From an uncultured Nitrosomonadaceae bacterium (GTDB lineage: Bacteria > Pseudomonadota > Gammaproteobacteria > Burkholderiales > Nitrosomonadaceae), in contig CAJQRL010000008.1 of NCBI GenBank assembly GCA_905612245.1, positions 1 to 50,830 on the forward strand: 50,830 bases of DNA. Direction: 5' to 3'. A program made the position numbers and the translations under genes. The notes below the pieces were generated by a model. It was not told where the DNA came from. It worked only from the letters and a program-made list of their open reading frames with translations, and did not search any database. Shown in pieces: positions 23,655 through 33,440 of the stretch (within the stretch, counting starts at the first letter, position 1; each line of letters starts with the position of its first letter).

Positions 23655-24995
23655 TTATTTCTTTTTTATAGCCCCCACCACAACTGCCACCATCCCTTCT
23701 GGAGGAATACGCCTCTGAAATGCATCTTTGATCTGTCCTACTGTAACAGTATCAACAGCACTTACGTAGTCATCCAAATAGGTGAGCGGAAGATTATAAA
23801 ATCCTATCACGGCGAGATATCCCATGATTTTCTTATTACTATCTATACGCAAAGGGAAGCCGCCAACAATATTTCCCTTGGCTGCAGCCAGCTCCTTCTC
23901 AGTTGGACCTTCCGCAACAAAGTCAGCCAATACTTTTTGCGTAATCATTAAAGCTTCTTCGGACTGCTCTTTTTTAGTTTGCAAGCCAATCTGAAAAGGG
24001 CCCGCCTGCTTTAGTGGGTAAAAACCACTACGGACACTGTAGGCTAGCCCACGTTTCTGTCTAATTTCTTCCATCAAGCGAGATGCGAACCCCCCCCCCC
24101 CAAGAATGTAATTTCCTACCAACAGCGGATAATAATCTGGGTCATTTCGCTTTAACCCAGGATAAGCCAATAAAATATGACTTTGAGTTGCTGGGTGAGT
24201 AATTCTTTTGGTGCCTGATAAGGGCTCTGTCACCGGAGGCAATATATTTAAAGCCTTTCCTTGTGGCAAATCTTTTGATAATGCTTCCGCAATAGCAGCT
24301 GCCTCAGAACGACTAACGTCTCCCATAATTGAAATTACAGAATTTGCAGCAGAATAGTGTGACTGATAAAAATCTACTAAATCCTTACGTTGCAATCCGT
24401 TTAATGTATCTACTTCACCAGAACTACGTAACCCATAGGGGTGAGCTCCGTATAACATATTATTTAGCGTGCGACTTGCAATGTAACCAGGCTTGGTTTT
24501 TGCTTCTTTCAACCTAGAAATTACTCTTGCTCTTTCTCTTTTTAGCGCACTTTTTGGAAATTCTGGGTGCTGTATTATTTTAGAAAAGATATCTAGCGCC
24601 TGGTTGCGTTCATTTTTATTACTTAGCGTTCTTAATAAGACACCGGCACGGTCCCGGTCAAATCGAGCGCTAAGCTGTGCGCCAACATCGGCCAAAGATT
24701 TAGAGATTTTGTCTTCCGATAAGCCGCCTGCTCCAAGGTCAAGGAGCTGCAGAGTCAAGCTTGCCCGGCCTGATTTTTCAGGTGTGTCAGCACTGCTTCC
24801 TGCGCTGAAATCTACGCTTATATCAAGTATTGGTAACCCACGACTTTCGACAAAATATACCTGGGCGCCAGAAGAAGCTTGCCAATGCTGAATGGGGAGA
24901 GCTGCCAGCGTCCATTGAGAATAGATACCAAAGAACAAGGCTAGGAAATAACTAACCGATTGCAGCGAAACCATTTTTCTAGGTGTTTTTTTCAT
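23655..24995 (-). CDS. M16 family peptidase, non-catalytic-type subunit (lacks HxxEH)
   Basis: 446 aa with a signal peptide and an M16 fold-like sequence, but no HxxEH motif. Contains a G12 homopolymer tract encoding GGGG. Confidence 0.85.
   Translation of the reverse strand: MKKTPRKMVSLQSVSYFLALFFGIYSQWTLAALPIQHWQASSGAQVYFVESRGLPILDISVDFSAGSSADTPEKSGRASLTLQLLDLGAGGLSEDKISKSLADVGAQLSARFDRDRAGVLLRTLSNKNERNQALDIFSKIIQHPEFPKSALKRERARVISRLKEAKTKPGYIASRTLNNMLYGAHPYGLRSSGEVDTLNGLQRKDLVDFYQSHYSAANSVISIMGDVSRSEAAAIAEALSKDLPQGKALNILPPVTEPLSGTKRITHPATQSHILLAYPGLKRNDPDYYPLLVGNYILGGGGFASRLMEEIRQKRGLAYSVRSGFYPLKQAGPFQIGLQTKKEQSEEALMITQKVLADFVAEGPTEKELAAAKGNIVGGFPLRIDSNKKIMGYLAVIGFYNLPLTYLDDYVSAVDTVTVGQIKDAFQRRIPPEGMVAVVVGAIKKK
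24090..24101 (-). repeat. Homopolymeric G12 (C12 on the plus strand) tract inside a coding sequence
   Basis: Twelve consecutive C at 24090-24101. On the coding strand this reads CTT GGG GGG GGG GGG TTC, encoding L-G-G-G-G-F. Confidence 0.95.
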
Positions 24996-25000
24996 CTGAA

Positions 25001-25030
25001 TTTAATTTAATTTAATTTAATTTAATTTAT
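25001..25030. repeat. Pentanucleotide microsatellite (TTTAA)x5 plus a degenerate unit
   Basis: TTTAATTTAATTTAATTTAATTTAATTTAT fills the 35-bp spacer between the stop of the 25031..26431 gene and the ATG (24995) of the 23655..24995 gene. Confidence 0.95.
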
Positions 25031-26431
25031 TTAATGGCGTAATTTAATAGAGGCAGGAATAGCAGCTCTTTGCTCTAGTGGCTGTGGATCAAGGACCGCC
25101 ACTGTCAAACTATCATCTATCAAATATTTTATTGCCACTTCGCGAATCTGTTTAGCAGTAACAGTCTGTAGTTTCTTTATAATTGTATCTAAATCACGAT
25201 ACGACAACCCGACAGATTCTAACTGGCCGATCTGCATCGCCTGGTAAAACATCGAATCAAGCTGAAAAACGTGACCAGATACTACCTGAGCTCTAACGCG
25301 CCTAAGCTCCTTCTCGGTCACGCCCATACGTATTAGTCTTTCAATTTCGTTACGCAGAGCGGCTTCTAACTCTGCTACCGACCTCCCTTCACTTGGGGTC
25401 CCACTCAGAAAAAACATACCGGGGCCACGCCCCGTAGAATCGTAGTCAGCATTTATCGAGCTGGCAATTTGTTGATCCCGTACCAATTCCTTATTTAGTC
25501 GTGCAGATTCATTGCCATCTAATACTCCTACTAGCATCTCCAGTGCGTAGGGCTCCCAGTCAGCATTTGCATCATGTAACACTGGTGCATGATAACCCAT
25601 GACTAGATAAGGCATTTGTGCCGGGGCTTTTACTTGCAGCCGTTTGATTCCTGCTTGCGTTACCTCTGTCTGTGGCTTACGTAAAGCCAAAGAGGCTATC
25701 GGACGAGATTTAATCTCTCCATAATATTTTTGTGCCAAAGAATATACTTCTTTTGGGTCCACATCTCCCACCACTACCAGCACAGCGTTGTTGGGAGCAT
25801 ACCAACGGTCATACCACTCCTGAGCGTCATCAACGCTCATATTCTCCAAATCGTTCATCCAACCAATAATCGGGCGTCTATATGGATGAGACTGATATGC
25901 AACGGACATCATTTTTTCATATACAAGCGCGTGTGGTTGATCATCAGTACGTAATCGACGCTCCTCCATTACCACCTTAATTTCTTTAGAGAACTCTTCT
26001 TTTGTTAATATGAGATTACGCATCCGGTCAGCCTCTAGCTTCATAGCTAACGCTAACTCAGATTTATGTAATTGTTGGAAATAACCCGTGTAATCACGGC
26101 TGGTAAATGCATTGTCGCGCCCACCTATTGCTGCTATTTTTTTAGAAAACTCACCACTACTAACATTTTTAGTTCCCTTAAACATCATATGCTCTAGGAC
26201 GTGAGCAACGCCTGTAGTACCGTTCAATTCATCAATGCTGCCCGCCTTGTACCATATTTGAGAGATAACTACTGGGGAACGGTGGTCTTCTTTGACAACT
26301 ATTTTAAGACCGTTAGCAAGCATGTATTCGTGTGGGTTAGCGAGAACCTCAAATGAGATCAATGAAGCCAACATGAACATGAAAGCTGGTAATCTACAAA
26401 TATGAAAGGCAGGACCACAATTAAATTTCAT
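25031..26431 (-). CDS. M16 family zinc peptidase, catalytic-type subunit
   Basis: 466 aa with the inverted zinc motif HVLEH (HxxEH) followed by MMFKGT. N-terminal signal-like segment; the true start may be an internal Met. Confidence 0.88.
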   Translation of the reverse strand: MKFNCGPAFHICRLPAFMFMLASLISFEVLANPHEYMLANGLKIVVKEDHRSPVVISQIWYKAGSIDELNGTTGVAHVLEHMMFKGTKNVSSGEFSKKIAAIGGRDNAFTSRDYTGYFQQLHKSELALAMKLEADRMRNLILTKEEFSKEIKVVMEERRLRTDDQPHALVYEKMMSVAYQSHPYRRPIIGWMNDLENMSVDDAQEWYDRWYAPNNAVLVVVGDVDPKEVYSLAQKYYGEIKSRPIASLALRKPQTEVTQAGIKRLQVKAPAQMPYLVMGYHAPVLHDANADWEPYALEMLVGVLDGNESARLNKELVRDQQIASSINADYDSTGRGPGMFFLSGTPSEGRSVAELEAALRNEIERLIRMGVTEKELRRVRAQVVSGHVFQLDSMFYQAMQIGQLESVGLSYRDLDTIIKKLQTVTAKQIREVAIKYLIDDSLTVAVLDPQPLEQRAAIPASIKLRH

Positions 26432-26579
26432 TTTTTAATAACCTAAGATTAAGATAATAGAATAGAATTTCACTTATAAAAGCCTACGATAAACCAATTC
26501 TAATAAGACATCCTATCAAAATGAAAAGTTTCATAAAATATAATAATAACTCGACCCAAGACAAATTTTTATTTGCCTG

Positions 26580-27503
26580 TTGGACAACTATCATCAGACG
26601 AGACTTCTCATGATCTGGGGAAGTCTGGGAAAACGCTTATCAGGAATCCTTAGCGGCGGCAAAATAGATGAAACCCTCTATGAAGAGCTGGAAACGGTAT
26701 TAATTACTGCCGATGTAGGTATAGATGCTACTACCTGGCTGCTTAGCACCTTACGTAAACAAGTAAAGAAAGAGGGCCTAACTAACGCAACACAATTAAA
26801 AGAGGCGCTAAAAGAGGTTTTATTTATATTACTTGCTCCACTTGTACGCTCTTTTGATTCTAGCATAGAGAAGCCATTCATCGTCATGATGACAGGTGTA
26901 AATGGCGCAGGAAAAACAACTTCTGTTGGCAAACTTGCTCATTATTTTCAGTCTCAGGAAAAATCTGTTCTACTTGCTGCTGGGGATACATTCCGAGCGG
27001 CGGCTCGTGAGCAACTTATTATTTGGGGTAAACGCAATAATGTTTCTGTTGTCTCACAGGATACTAGTCAACAGCAAAAAGGTGATTCGGCAGCAGTTAT
27101 ATTCGATGCAGTTAACGCTGCTAAGGCACGTAATATAGATATTGTATTGGCAGATACTGCTGGTCGTCTCGCCACACAACTACACCTTATGGAAGAGATC
27201 AAAAAGGTAAAGCGGGTTATCTCGAAAGCGATCCCTAGCGCACCTCATGAAGTGTTGTTGGTTCTGGATGCTAATACCGGCCAGAATGCAGTTAACCAAG
27301 TAAAAGCATTTGATGATGCACTAGGTATTACGGGCCTTATACTTACTAAACTTGATGGCACAGCCAAAGGTGGCGTAATAGCTGCTATTGCCATGCAGCG
27401 TCAACAGAACCCCATCCCACTGTACTTTATTGGGGCGGGTGAGGGCATTGAAGATTTACAGCCTTTTGACGCAAGAAAATTTGTAGAGGCTTTGTTTGAT
27501 TAA
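26580..27503 (+). CDS. ftsY: Signal recognition particle receptor FtsY (NG domains only, no acidic A domain)
   Basis: GTPase motifs [14 protein letters not shown] and TKLD. The track ORF starts at TTG 26580; ATG 26610 ([10 protein letters not shown]) is an equally plausible start. Confidence 0.9.
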   Translation: MDNYHQTRLLMIWGSLGKRLSGILSGGKIDETLYEELETVLITADVGIDATTWLLSTLRKQVKKEGLTNATQLKEALKEVLFILLAPLVRSFDSSIEKPFIVMMTGVNGAGKTTSVGKLAHYFQSQEKSVLLAAGDTFRAAAREQLIIWGKRNNVSVVSQDTSQQQKGDSAAVIFDAVNAAKARNIDIVLADTAGRLATQLHLMEEIKKVKRVISKAIPSAPHEVLLVLDANTGQNAVNQVKAFDDALGITGLILTKLDGTAKGGVIAAIAMQRQQNPIPLYFIGAGEGIEDLQPFDARKFVEALFD

Positions 27504-27551
27504 TTTTGCCATATTTCACTATACATCTCTGTAGTTTGGAACTGTTTCTAT

Positions 27552-28205
27552 ATGATTAGCTTCAGCAATGTCTATAAGCGTTATCCGAATGGGTTTGAAG
27601 CGCTAAAAAATATTGTTTTCACCATTAAGCAAGGTGAGATGGTTTTTATAACCGGGAATTCTGGCGCCGGCAAAAGTACACTCTTAAAATTGATTGGGGC
27701 TATCGAGCGCCCCACAACCGGCAGCATAATTGTCAATGATCAGAATGTTAGCAAACTAAAGAACAGTGCGATTCCATTTCTACGACGCAATCTTGGAATG
27801 GTCTTCCAAGGTCAAAAGATTTTGTTCGATCGTTCAGTATTTGACAATGTTGTATTGCCGCTACAAATCTGTGGTTTTGAACACCAGTCAGCAGCTGGAA
27901 GAGTCCGCGCAGCTCTGGATAAAGTGGGATTACTAGGAAAAGAAAAAGCTCTCCCCATTACGCTATCAGGCGGTGAGCAGCAAAGATTATGTATTGCCCG
28001 AGCTGTAGTCAACCGCCCATCAATTCTGATTGCCGACGAGCCAACTACGTATCTTGATCCTAGCTATACCAAGGACATCATGAATATGTTTAAATCATTT
28101 CATCAGGTAGGTGTAACAGTTCTTATCACTACCCCTGCAGCTGAATTACTTGAGAGCCCCCAGTATCGTATTTTATCTTTAAGTCACGGAGAATTAGTAA
28201 CGTGA
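27552..28205 (+). CDS. ftsE: Cell division ABC transporter ATP-binding protein FtsE
   Basis: 217 aa with Walker A GNSGAGKST, signature LSGGEQQR and Walker B ILIADEP. ftsYEX order is conserved. Confidence 0.92.
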   Translation: MISFSNVYKRYPNGFEALKNIVFTIKQGEMVFITGNSGAGKSTLLKLIGAIERPTTGSIIVNDQNVSKLKNSAIPFLRRNLGMVFQGQKILFDRSVFDNVVLPLQICGFEHQSAAGRVRAALDKVGLLGKEKALPITLSGGEQQRLCIARAVVNRPSILIADEPTTYLDPSYTKDIMNMFKSFHQVGVTVLITTPAAELLESPQYRILSLSHGELVT

Positions 28206-29107
28206 ATATGTGGCTCTCTCATCACTGGCATGCATTCTTTCTAGCTCTTCGAAGATTGGTGGACTCCCCGCTTGCAAGCCTACTCAACATTATCGTGATA
28301 GGAGTCGCCTTCAGTCTTCCTACAGGGGTCTACATGCTGCTAGGTAACGTTCAGAGTTTCTCTGGTCAATTATCAGGAGCGCCACAATTAAACGTATTTC
28401 TAAAATTAGGTACAGGCAAGGATGCGATAGAGAAATTAAAATCGCATCTAAAACAGCACCCACAAATAGCAAGTTTTCGATTCCTTTCTAAAGACAAGGC
28501 CTTAGAGCAACTAAAACAAAAAAATGGGATGGCCGATGCAGTAAATAGTCTAACGCGAAACCCGTTACCGGATGCGTTCATAATTGATGCCAAGAGTATT
28601 TCGCCTGAAACGCTGAAGCGATTACGTACCGAAATGTTGAAATGGCCAGATTCTAAGCACGTTCAACTTGATTCTGACTGGATGGAGCGGTTAAACGCAT
28701 TGTTAAAGCTTGGGCAGATCGCGCTATTGATTCTTACAGCCTTATTAAGTTTTGCGTTAATAGTAGTAACATTTAACACCATTCGTTTACAAATTCTTAC
28801 AAAGCGTAACGAAATTGAGGTATCAAAATTGATTGGGGCAACTAGTAATTTTATACGTCGCCCCTTTCTCTATTTTGGTGCAATTCAAGGTGTGGCGGGA
28901 GGAGCTATAGCATGGCTTATTGTTGCCCTAGTAATTAATTTAATTAATAGCGAGTTGACGAATTTAGTACAACTATATACTGTTGATTTTCAACTGCATC
29001 ATATCTCTTTTGAAGACAGCATCAGTCTGTTGCTTTTTTCATCCTGGCTCGGTTGGGCAGGATCATGGTTATCGGTTGCAAGTCACCTCTGGCAAATAGA
29101 ACCTTAA
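28202..29107 (+). CDS. ftsX: Cell division permease-like protein FtsX
   Basis: 301 aa with a four-TM topology and a periplasmic loop. Its start overlaps the ftsE stop. Confidence 0.9.
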   Translation: MNMWLSHHWHAFFLALRRLVDSPLASLLNIIVIGVAFSLPTGVYMLLGNVQSFSGQLSGAPQLNVFLKLGTGKDAIEKLKSHLKQHPQIASFRFLSKDKALEQLKQKNGMADAVNSLTRNPLPDAFIIDAKSISPETLKRLRTEMLKWPDSKHVQLDSDWMERLNALLKLGQIALLILTALLSFALIVVTFNTIRLQILTKRNEIEVSKLIGATSNFIRRPFLYFGAIQGVAGGAIAWLIVALVINLINSELTNLVQLYTVDFQLHHISFEDSISLLLFSSWLGWAGSWLSVASHLWQIEP

Positions 29108-29203
29108 GTAATTCTGATGATTGTCCTTAGGAGCTTTTAGAGACGATTAGCACTCAAAGCCATAGAATGCTAGAATTAGTGCTACTAATACAAGGAGTAA
29201 ACA

Positions 29204-30055
29204 ATGACTTTTGATCTTGCAATGCCTACAACTAGCGGTAGCATTGAAAGTTATATCAGGTCTGCTAATAGTTTCCCTATGCTTTCCCAGGAGGAGGAAA
29301 TTAACCTCGCACGACGTCTTAGGGACGAAGATGACATAAATGCCGCGCGCCAATTAGTGCTATCACATTTACGTGTAGTGGTTTCTATCGCTAGGGGCTA
29401 TAAAGGGTACGGCCTGCCACATGCTGATTTGATTCAGGAAGGAAATATTGGGCTAATGAAAGCAGTCAAACGTTATGATCCAGAACGTGGGGTACGACTT
29501 GTGTCGTTCGCCATGCACTGGATTAAGGCCGAAATTAATGAATTCATACTGCGAAACTGGCGGCTCGTAAAAATTGCAACAACAAAAGCACAGCGAAAAT
29601 TGTTTTTTAATCTTCGAAGCCTGAAAAAAAATCTCGGCACCATGGGCCCGGAAGAAGTTGATGCTATTGCAGAAAAATTGAATGTTAAAACTGAAGAAGT
29701 AATAGAAATGGAAACACGCTTTAGTGGACGTGACATTTCAATTGAGCCCCTGTCCCAAGACAATGATGAAACCTATAGTTACAGTCCTATCGCCTATCTC
29801 ACTGATGGAACTGAGCCATCACAAACATTGGAAGTACAAGAAAATGGCAGTCTAAATAGCAAAAAATTGAAACAGGCATTAGCCAATTTAGATGCGCGGA
29901 GCTGCCGTATTATAGAGGCCCGCTGGTTGTGTGGAGAAAAGGCTGTAACACTTCATAAACTTGCTGAAGAGTTGGGAGTATCTGCTGAACGTATCCGCCA
30001 AATAGAGGTTAAAGCGCTCCAAAAAATGCGTATGATGATGGGGCCAGCTTCATAA
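29204..30055 (+). CDS. rpoH: RNA polymerase sigma-32 (heat shock sigma factor)
   Basis: 283 aa with the RpoH box QRKLFFNLR and sigma-70 regions 2 and 4. AAGGAG lies upstream of the ATG. Downstream of ftsX, as in E. coli. Confidence 0.95.
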   Translation: MTFDLAMPTTSGSIESYIRSANSFPMLSQEEEINLARRLRDEDDINAARQLVLSHLRVVVSIARGYKGYGLPHADLIQEGNIGLMKAVKRYDPERGVRLVSFAMHWIKAEINEFILRNWRLVKIATTKAQRKLFFNLRSLKKNLGTMGPEEVDAIAEKLNVKTEEVIEMETRFSGRDISIEPLSQDNDETYSYSPIAYLTDGTEPSQTLEVQENGSLNSKKLKQALANLDARSCRIIEARWLCGEKAVTLHKLAEELGVSAERIRQIEVKALQKMRMMMGPAS

Positions 30056-30070
30056 ATATCTCGCATCCAT

Positions 30071-30115
30071 TAGAAATGGAGCCGTTGAGCTCCATTTCTA
30101 ATTTAGTTATTTTTC
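30071..30115 (+). terminator. Rho-independent terminator of rpoH
   Basis: 12-bp stem TAGAAATGGAGC (30071-30082) / GCTCCATTTCTA (30089-30100) with a 6-nt loop, followed by a T-rich tail ATTTAGTTATTTTTCTTCTT. Confidence 0.8.
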
Positions 30116-30264
30116 TTCTTATTTGAAATATGTAACAGCAATTTTCATTAGTTGAACAGGCCGCTGCCTCGGAATAATAATCTCAACACCCCGTCTTTTA
30201 TTTTTACTGATATTTTCTCTAAACTTTCAATTCTCTTGAAAATAATATAACAGAGTTAAAAGTA

Positions 30265-30513
30265 TTAGCTCTGATCACTCTTTGCCCATTGTTCTGGTGT
30301 CAACGTTTTCATGGACAACGCATGGATCTCCTGCTCCATTTTTTTTCCTAGCGCACGGTAAACTAACTGATGCTGCTGCACCATATTCTTGTCTTGAAAT
30401 TCAGTGCTAACAATAATGGCACTAAAATGATAGCCGTCATCACCCTCTACACGTACTAATTCACAAGGGAGAGTATTCTCAATATGAATTCTTATGCTTT
30501 CTGATGTAACCAT
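30265..30513 (-). CDS. ibaG: BolA family protein (IbaG/YrbA-like)
   Basis: 82 aa, BolA-like sequence (GDDGYHFSAIIVS..F......QHQLVY), downstream of the mla/ABC cluster. Confidence 0.8.
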   Translation of the reverse strand: MVTSESIRIHIENTLPCELVRVEGDDGYHFSAIIVSTEFQDKNMVQQHQLVYRALGKKMEQEIHALSMKTLTPEQWAKSDQS

Positions 30514-30582
30514 TCTGGTGCCCCTTTAATTTGAAAAATATTTTATTCTCTTATTTAGCTCTTATTCACAAAAGATGTGGCC

Positions 30583-31338
30583 TTATTGACGAAGCTTGTA
30601 CCCTGTTTTAAGCATTCGCAGTGTTACCCATGATACCGCTAGAAAACATATTCCCACAATCATAAAACTAAAGTAGGGCGATACATCTGAAATACCGAAA
30701 AAGCCATAGCGAAAACCGTCAATCACATAGAAAAAAGGATTAAAACGAGAAAGGCCTTCCCAAAAAGGTGGTAACGAATGAATTGTATAAAATACGCCAG
30801 ACAAAAATGTTAGTGGCAAAATCACAAAGTTTTGAAATGAGGCAAGCTGATCAAATTTCTCAGCCCAAATGGCAGCAATAATTCCCAAAACTCCCAGAAA
30901 TCCATTGCCTATTAAGGCAAAAATAAAGACCCACGAAAGTGACTGTAACGGCATATCGAAAAATATTAATATCACCAAATAAATGCCGGCTCCTACTAGA
31001 AATCCACGTACTATAGATGCTAATACATAAGCCACAAATATTTCCATGTAGGATAGTGGGGATAATAAAATAAATACAATACTTCCAGATATTTTTGATT
31101 GAATTAGACTGGATGATGAATTCGCAAAAGAATTTTGCAACATAGCCATCATTAATAAACCTGGAATCAGAAAAGCTGTATATGTAACACCTGGATATGC
31201 CTGAGCACGTTCTTCCAAAATATGAGAAAAAATAAATAAATAAATCAGAGTTGCTATCATTGGTGCACATATGGACTGAAGACCAACTTTCCAGAATCGC
31301 AACAACTCCTTGTGAAGAAGGGTATAGAACCCACTCAT
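30583..31338 (-). CDS. ABC-2 type transporter permease
   Basis: 251 aa with about 6 TM helices. Its start overlaps the stop of the upstream ABC ATPase. Confidence 0.85.
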   Translation of the reverse strand: MSGFYTLLHKELLRFWKVGLQSICAPMIATLIYLFIFSHILEERAQAYPGVTYTAFLIPGLLMMAMLQNSFANSSSSLIQSKISGSIVFILLSPLSYMEIFVAYVLASIVRGFLVGAGIYLVILIFFDMPLQSLSWVFIFALIGNGFLGVLGIIAAIWAEKFDQLASFQNFVILPLTFLSGVFYTIHSLPPFWEGLSRFNPFFYVIDGFRYGFFGISDVSPYFSFMIVGICFLAVSWVTLRMLKTGYKLRQ

Positions 31339-32252
31339 ACAGATCCCATATTTTTAGTATTACCCATGATTTTTACAAAAACATCTTCAAGGTCAGGTTG
31401 CATCAATTCCATTTCCAGCACCCGTATCTGCTCTATACGCAAAGCTGCCAATACACTCTCAATCTTTGAATAATTATTTACTTTCAGGATGAAACAACCC
31501 TCGGCATAACTTTCTAGCAGTGGCTGTAGATCCGATGGTAATGTTTCAGATGATAAACGTAGTCTTATTAAATACCCGCTAACATTATTTATAAGATTCT
31601 TAGTGCTATCAAGAGCTACAATTTCTCCTTTTTTAAGCATGGCGATACGACCACATAACTCTTCAGCTTCATCCAGATAATGAGTAGTAAGCACAATGGT
31701 GTGACCATCACGGTTTAATCGTTTTATAAAACCCCAAAGTGACCGACGTAATTCCACATCTACGCCGGCAGTAGGCTCATCCAGTATGATCACCGGTGGC
31801 TTATGTACCAATGCCTGAGCTACCAGTACACGGCGCTTCATCCCACCTGATAATGTACGCATATTGGCATTTTCTTTGTCGCGAAGCCCTAGATGATGAA
31901 GTATCTCATCTATCCAGGCATCGTTATTTCTTAGGCCATAATAACCAGACTGAATAGAGAGTGTTTCCCGTACGGAAAAGAATGGGTCAAAAACCAGCTC
32001 TTGTGGGACTACTCCAACTATGCGACGGGCCTCACGATAGTTTTTCGCTACATCATGCCCCATTATTTTTGCCACACCATTGCTAGGTAATGTTAACCCC
32101 GCCAGTACGTTGATTAACGTAGTCTTGCCGGCGCCATTTGGACCTAGTAAAGCAAAAAATTCTCCCTGTTCAATTTCAAGATCGATACCCACCAGAGCAA
32201 CCACTGGCCCATAGTTTTTGTATACTTGCTTTACTTCAATTGCTGGGATCAT
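31335..32252 (-). CDS. ABC transporter ATP-binding protein (ABC-2 exporter type)
   Basis: 305 aa with Walker A GPNGAGKTT, signature LSGGMKRR and Walker B VIILDEPT. Confidence 0.9.
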   Translation of the reverse strand: MIPAIEVKQVYKNYGPVVALVGIDLEIEQGEFFALLGPNGAGKTTLINVLAGLTLPSNGVAKIMGHDVAKNYREARRIVGVVPQELVFDPFFSVRETLSIQSGYYGLRNNDAWIDEILHHLGLRDKENANMRTLSGGMKRRVLVAQALVHKPPVIILDEPTAGVDVELRRSLWGFIKRLNRDGHTIVLTTHYLDEAEELCGRIAMLKKGEIVALDSTKNLINNVSGYLIRLRLSSETLPSDLQPLLESYAEGCFILKVNNYSKIESVLAALRIEQIRVLEMELMQPDLEDVFVKIMGNTKNMGSV

Positions 32253-32416
32253 TGGGAAAATAGATTGGGATAAATATTTGCTGCAAATTTAGCGAACAAT
32301 ATTAACTACATGAAAAAATATTTCATTGTATATATAAATACGAAGACGACAATTTAGATTAAAGTGAGCCGCTATGAATATTTACTTTCTTACGGCGCAT
32401 CCTTAAACGCACCTTA

Positions 32417-32698
32417 TTATACCAACGGAACTAACTCGGAAACGCCATACAATTGGGTAAGATTTTTCAGGTTCTCTGATATATTCGAAAAACATAATCG
32501 CTGATTATTCTTCAGCGCTTTTCGCTGCCACTCCAATAACATACTGACCGCTGATGAATCAACCTCAGTTACTTGCGCGAGATCAATAATCAAGTCAGAC
32601 CGATCAAATAAATTAGCGCCTTGTTCTATTATCTCTACTACGTTAGCTATAGTTATTGGCCCTTGAACAATTAGTCTGTTGTCATCACGTAATATCAT
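32417..32698 (-). CDS. mlaB: STAS domain protein (MlaB-like)
   Basis: 93-aa STAS-like sequence directly after mlaC. Confidence 0.75.
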   Translation of the reverse strand: MILRDDNRLIVQGPITIANVVEIIEQGANLFDRSDLIIDLAQVTEVDSSAVSMLLEWQRKALKNNQRLCFSNISENLKNLTQLYGVSELVPLV

Positions 32699-32699
32699 C

Positions 32700-33368
32700 T
32701 CACGTTGTCTTGAACTGTATAGTTAGCGCTGTATTTTTTTCCTTTTCTTTATCTTTATCTTTCATTGCACGATTTTTCTTATTCAGTGCTTTAAGTAGTC
32801 CCTCAACTCCACCCGAACGGATTTTAGAATTGAAAGTGCCTCTGTAATTAATTACCAAACTTATACCTGCTACTGTTATATCGTATACTTTCCAGGCACC
32901 ATTAGTTTTTTCCATGCTGTAATTAATAGATATGGACTGGCCATGAGATGGAATTACTTCCGTTTTTACTGTGGTATCAGTTTTCCCTGCCATATTTTTA
33001 ACCGGTGATACCTTTATAGTATGGTCGCTATAAACTGCTAGTGCTTTATAGTAAGTACGTACAAGTAACGTACGAAACGCTTCCTCCAGCTCCTGCTGCT
33101 GCTCCGGTGAAGCCTTAGACCAGTTCTTGCCCATGGCAAGTCGTGTCATGCGGGTAAAATTAAAATGTGGCAATATTTTGGATTTAACCAGATTAAGAAT
33201 CTTTTCTTTATCACCCGATAGAGTGTCCTTGTCTCGCTTGATAATTTTAAGGACTTCTTGCGCCGTTTCTTCCACTAAAGTATCAGGCCTGGTTTCAACC
33301 GCCCATGTCGCAGGCGTCAATAATAATGTTGATAATAATACTAAAATGCTACATATTGCTGTCTTCAT
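32700..33368 (-). CDS. mlaC: Phospholipid-binding periplasmic protein MlaC (Ttg2D family)
   Basis: 222 aa with a signal peptide and a Tol-tolerance/MlaC-like sequence. Position within mlaFEDCB fits. Confidence 0.85.
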   Translation of the reverse strand: MKTAICSILVLLSTLLLTPATWAVETRPDTLVEETAQEVLKIIKRDKDTLSGDKEKILNLVKSKILPHFNFTRMTRLAMGKNWSKASPEQQQELEEAFRTLLVRTYYKALAVYSDHTIKVSPVKNMAGKTDTTVKTEVIPSHGQSISINYSMEKTNGAWKVYDITVAGISLVINYRGTFNSKIRSGGVEGLLKALNKKNRAMKDKDKEKEKNTALTIQFKTT

Positions 33369-33440
33369 AAACTCTCTTTCAATTGTTAATTATTTCTAAT
33401 AAAAATTTGGATCAGATGTAGTGTAACTACATAACTAAAC

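Noticed and set aside
30860-31270. 136-aa same-strand alternative-frame ORF inside the ABC-2 permease gene.
   Set aside because: The overlapping 251-aa frame gives a coherent 6-TM ABC-2 permease coupled to the upstream ATPase. The alternative frame is Cys/Ser/Ile-rich and resembles no known family.
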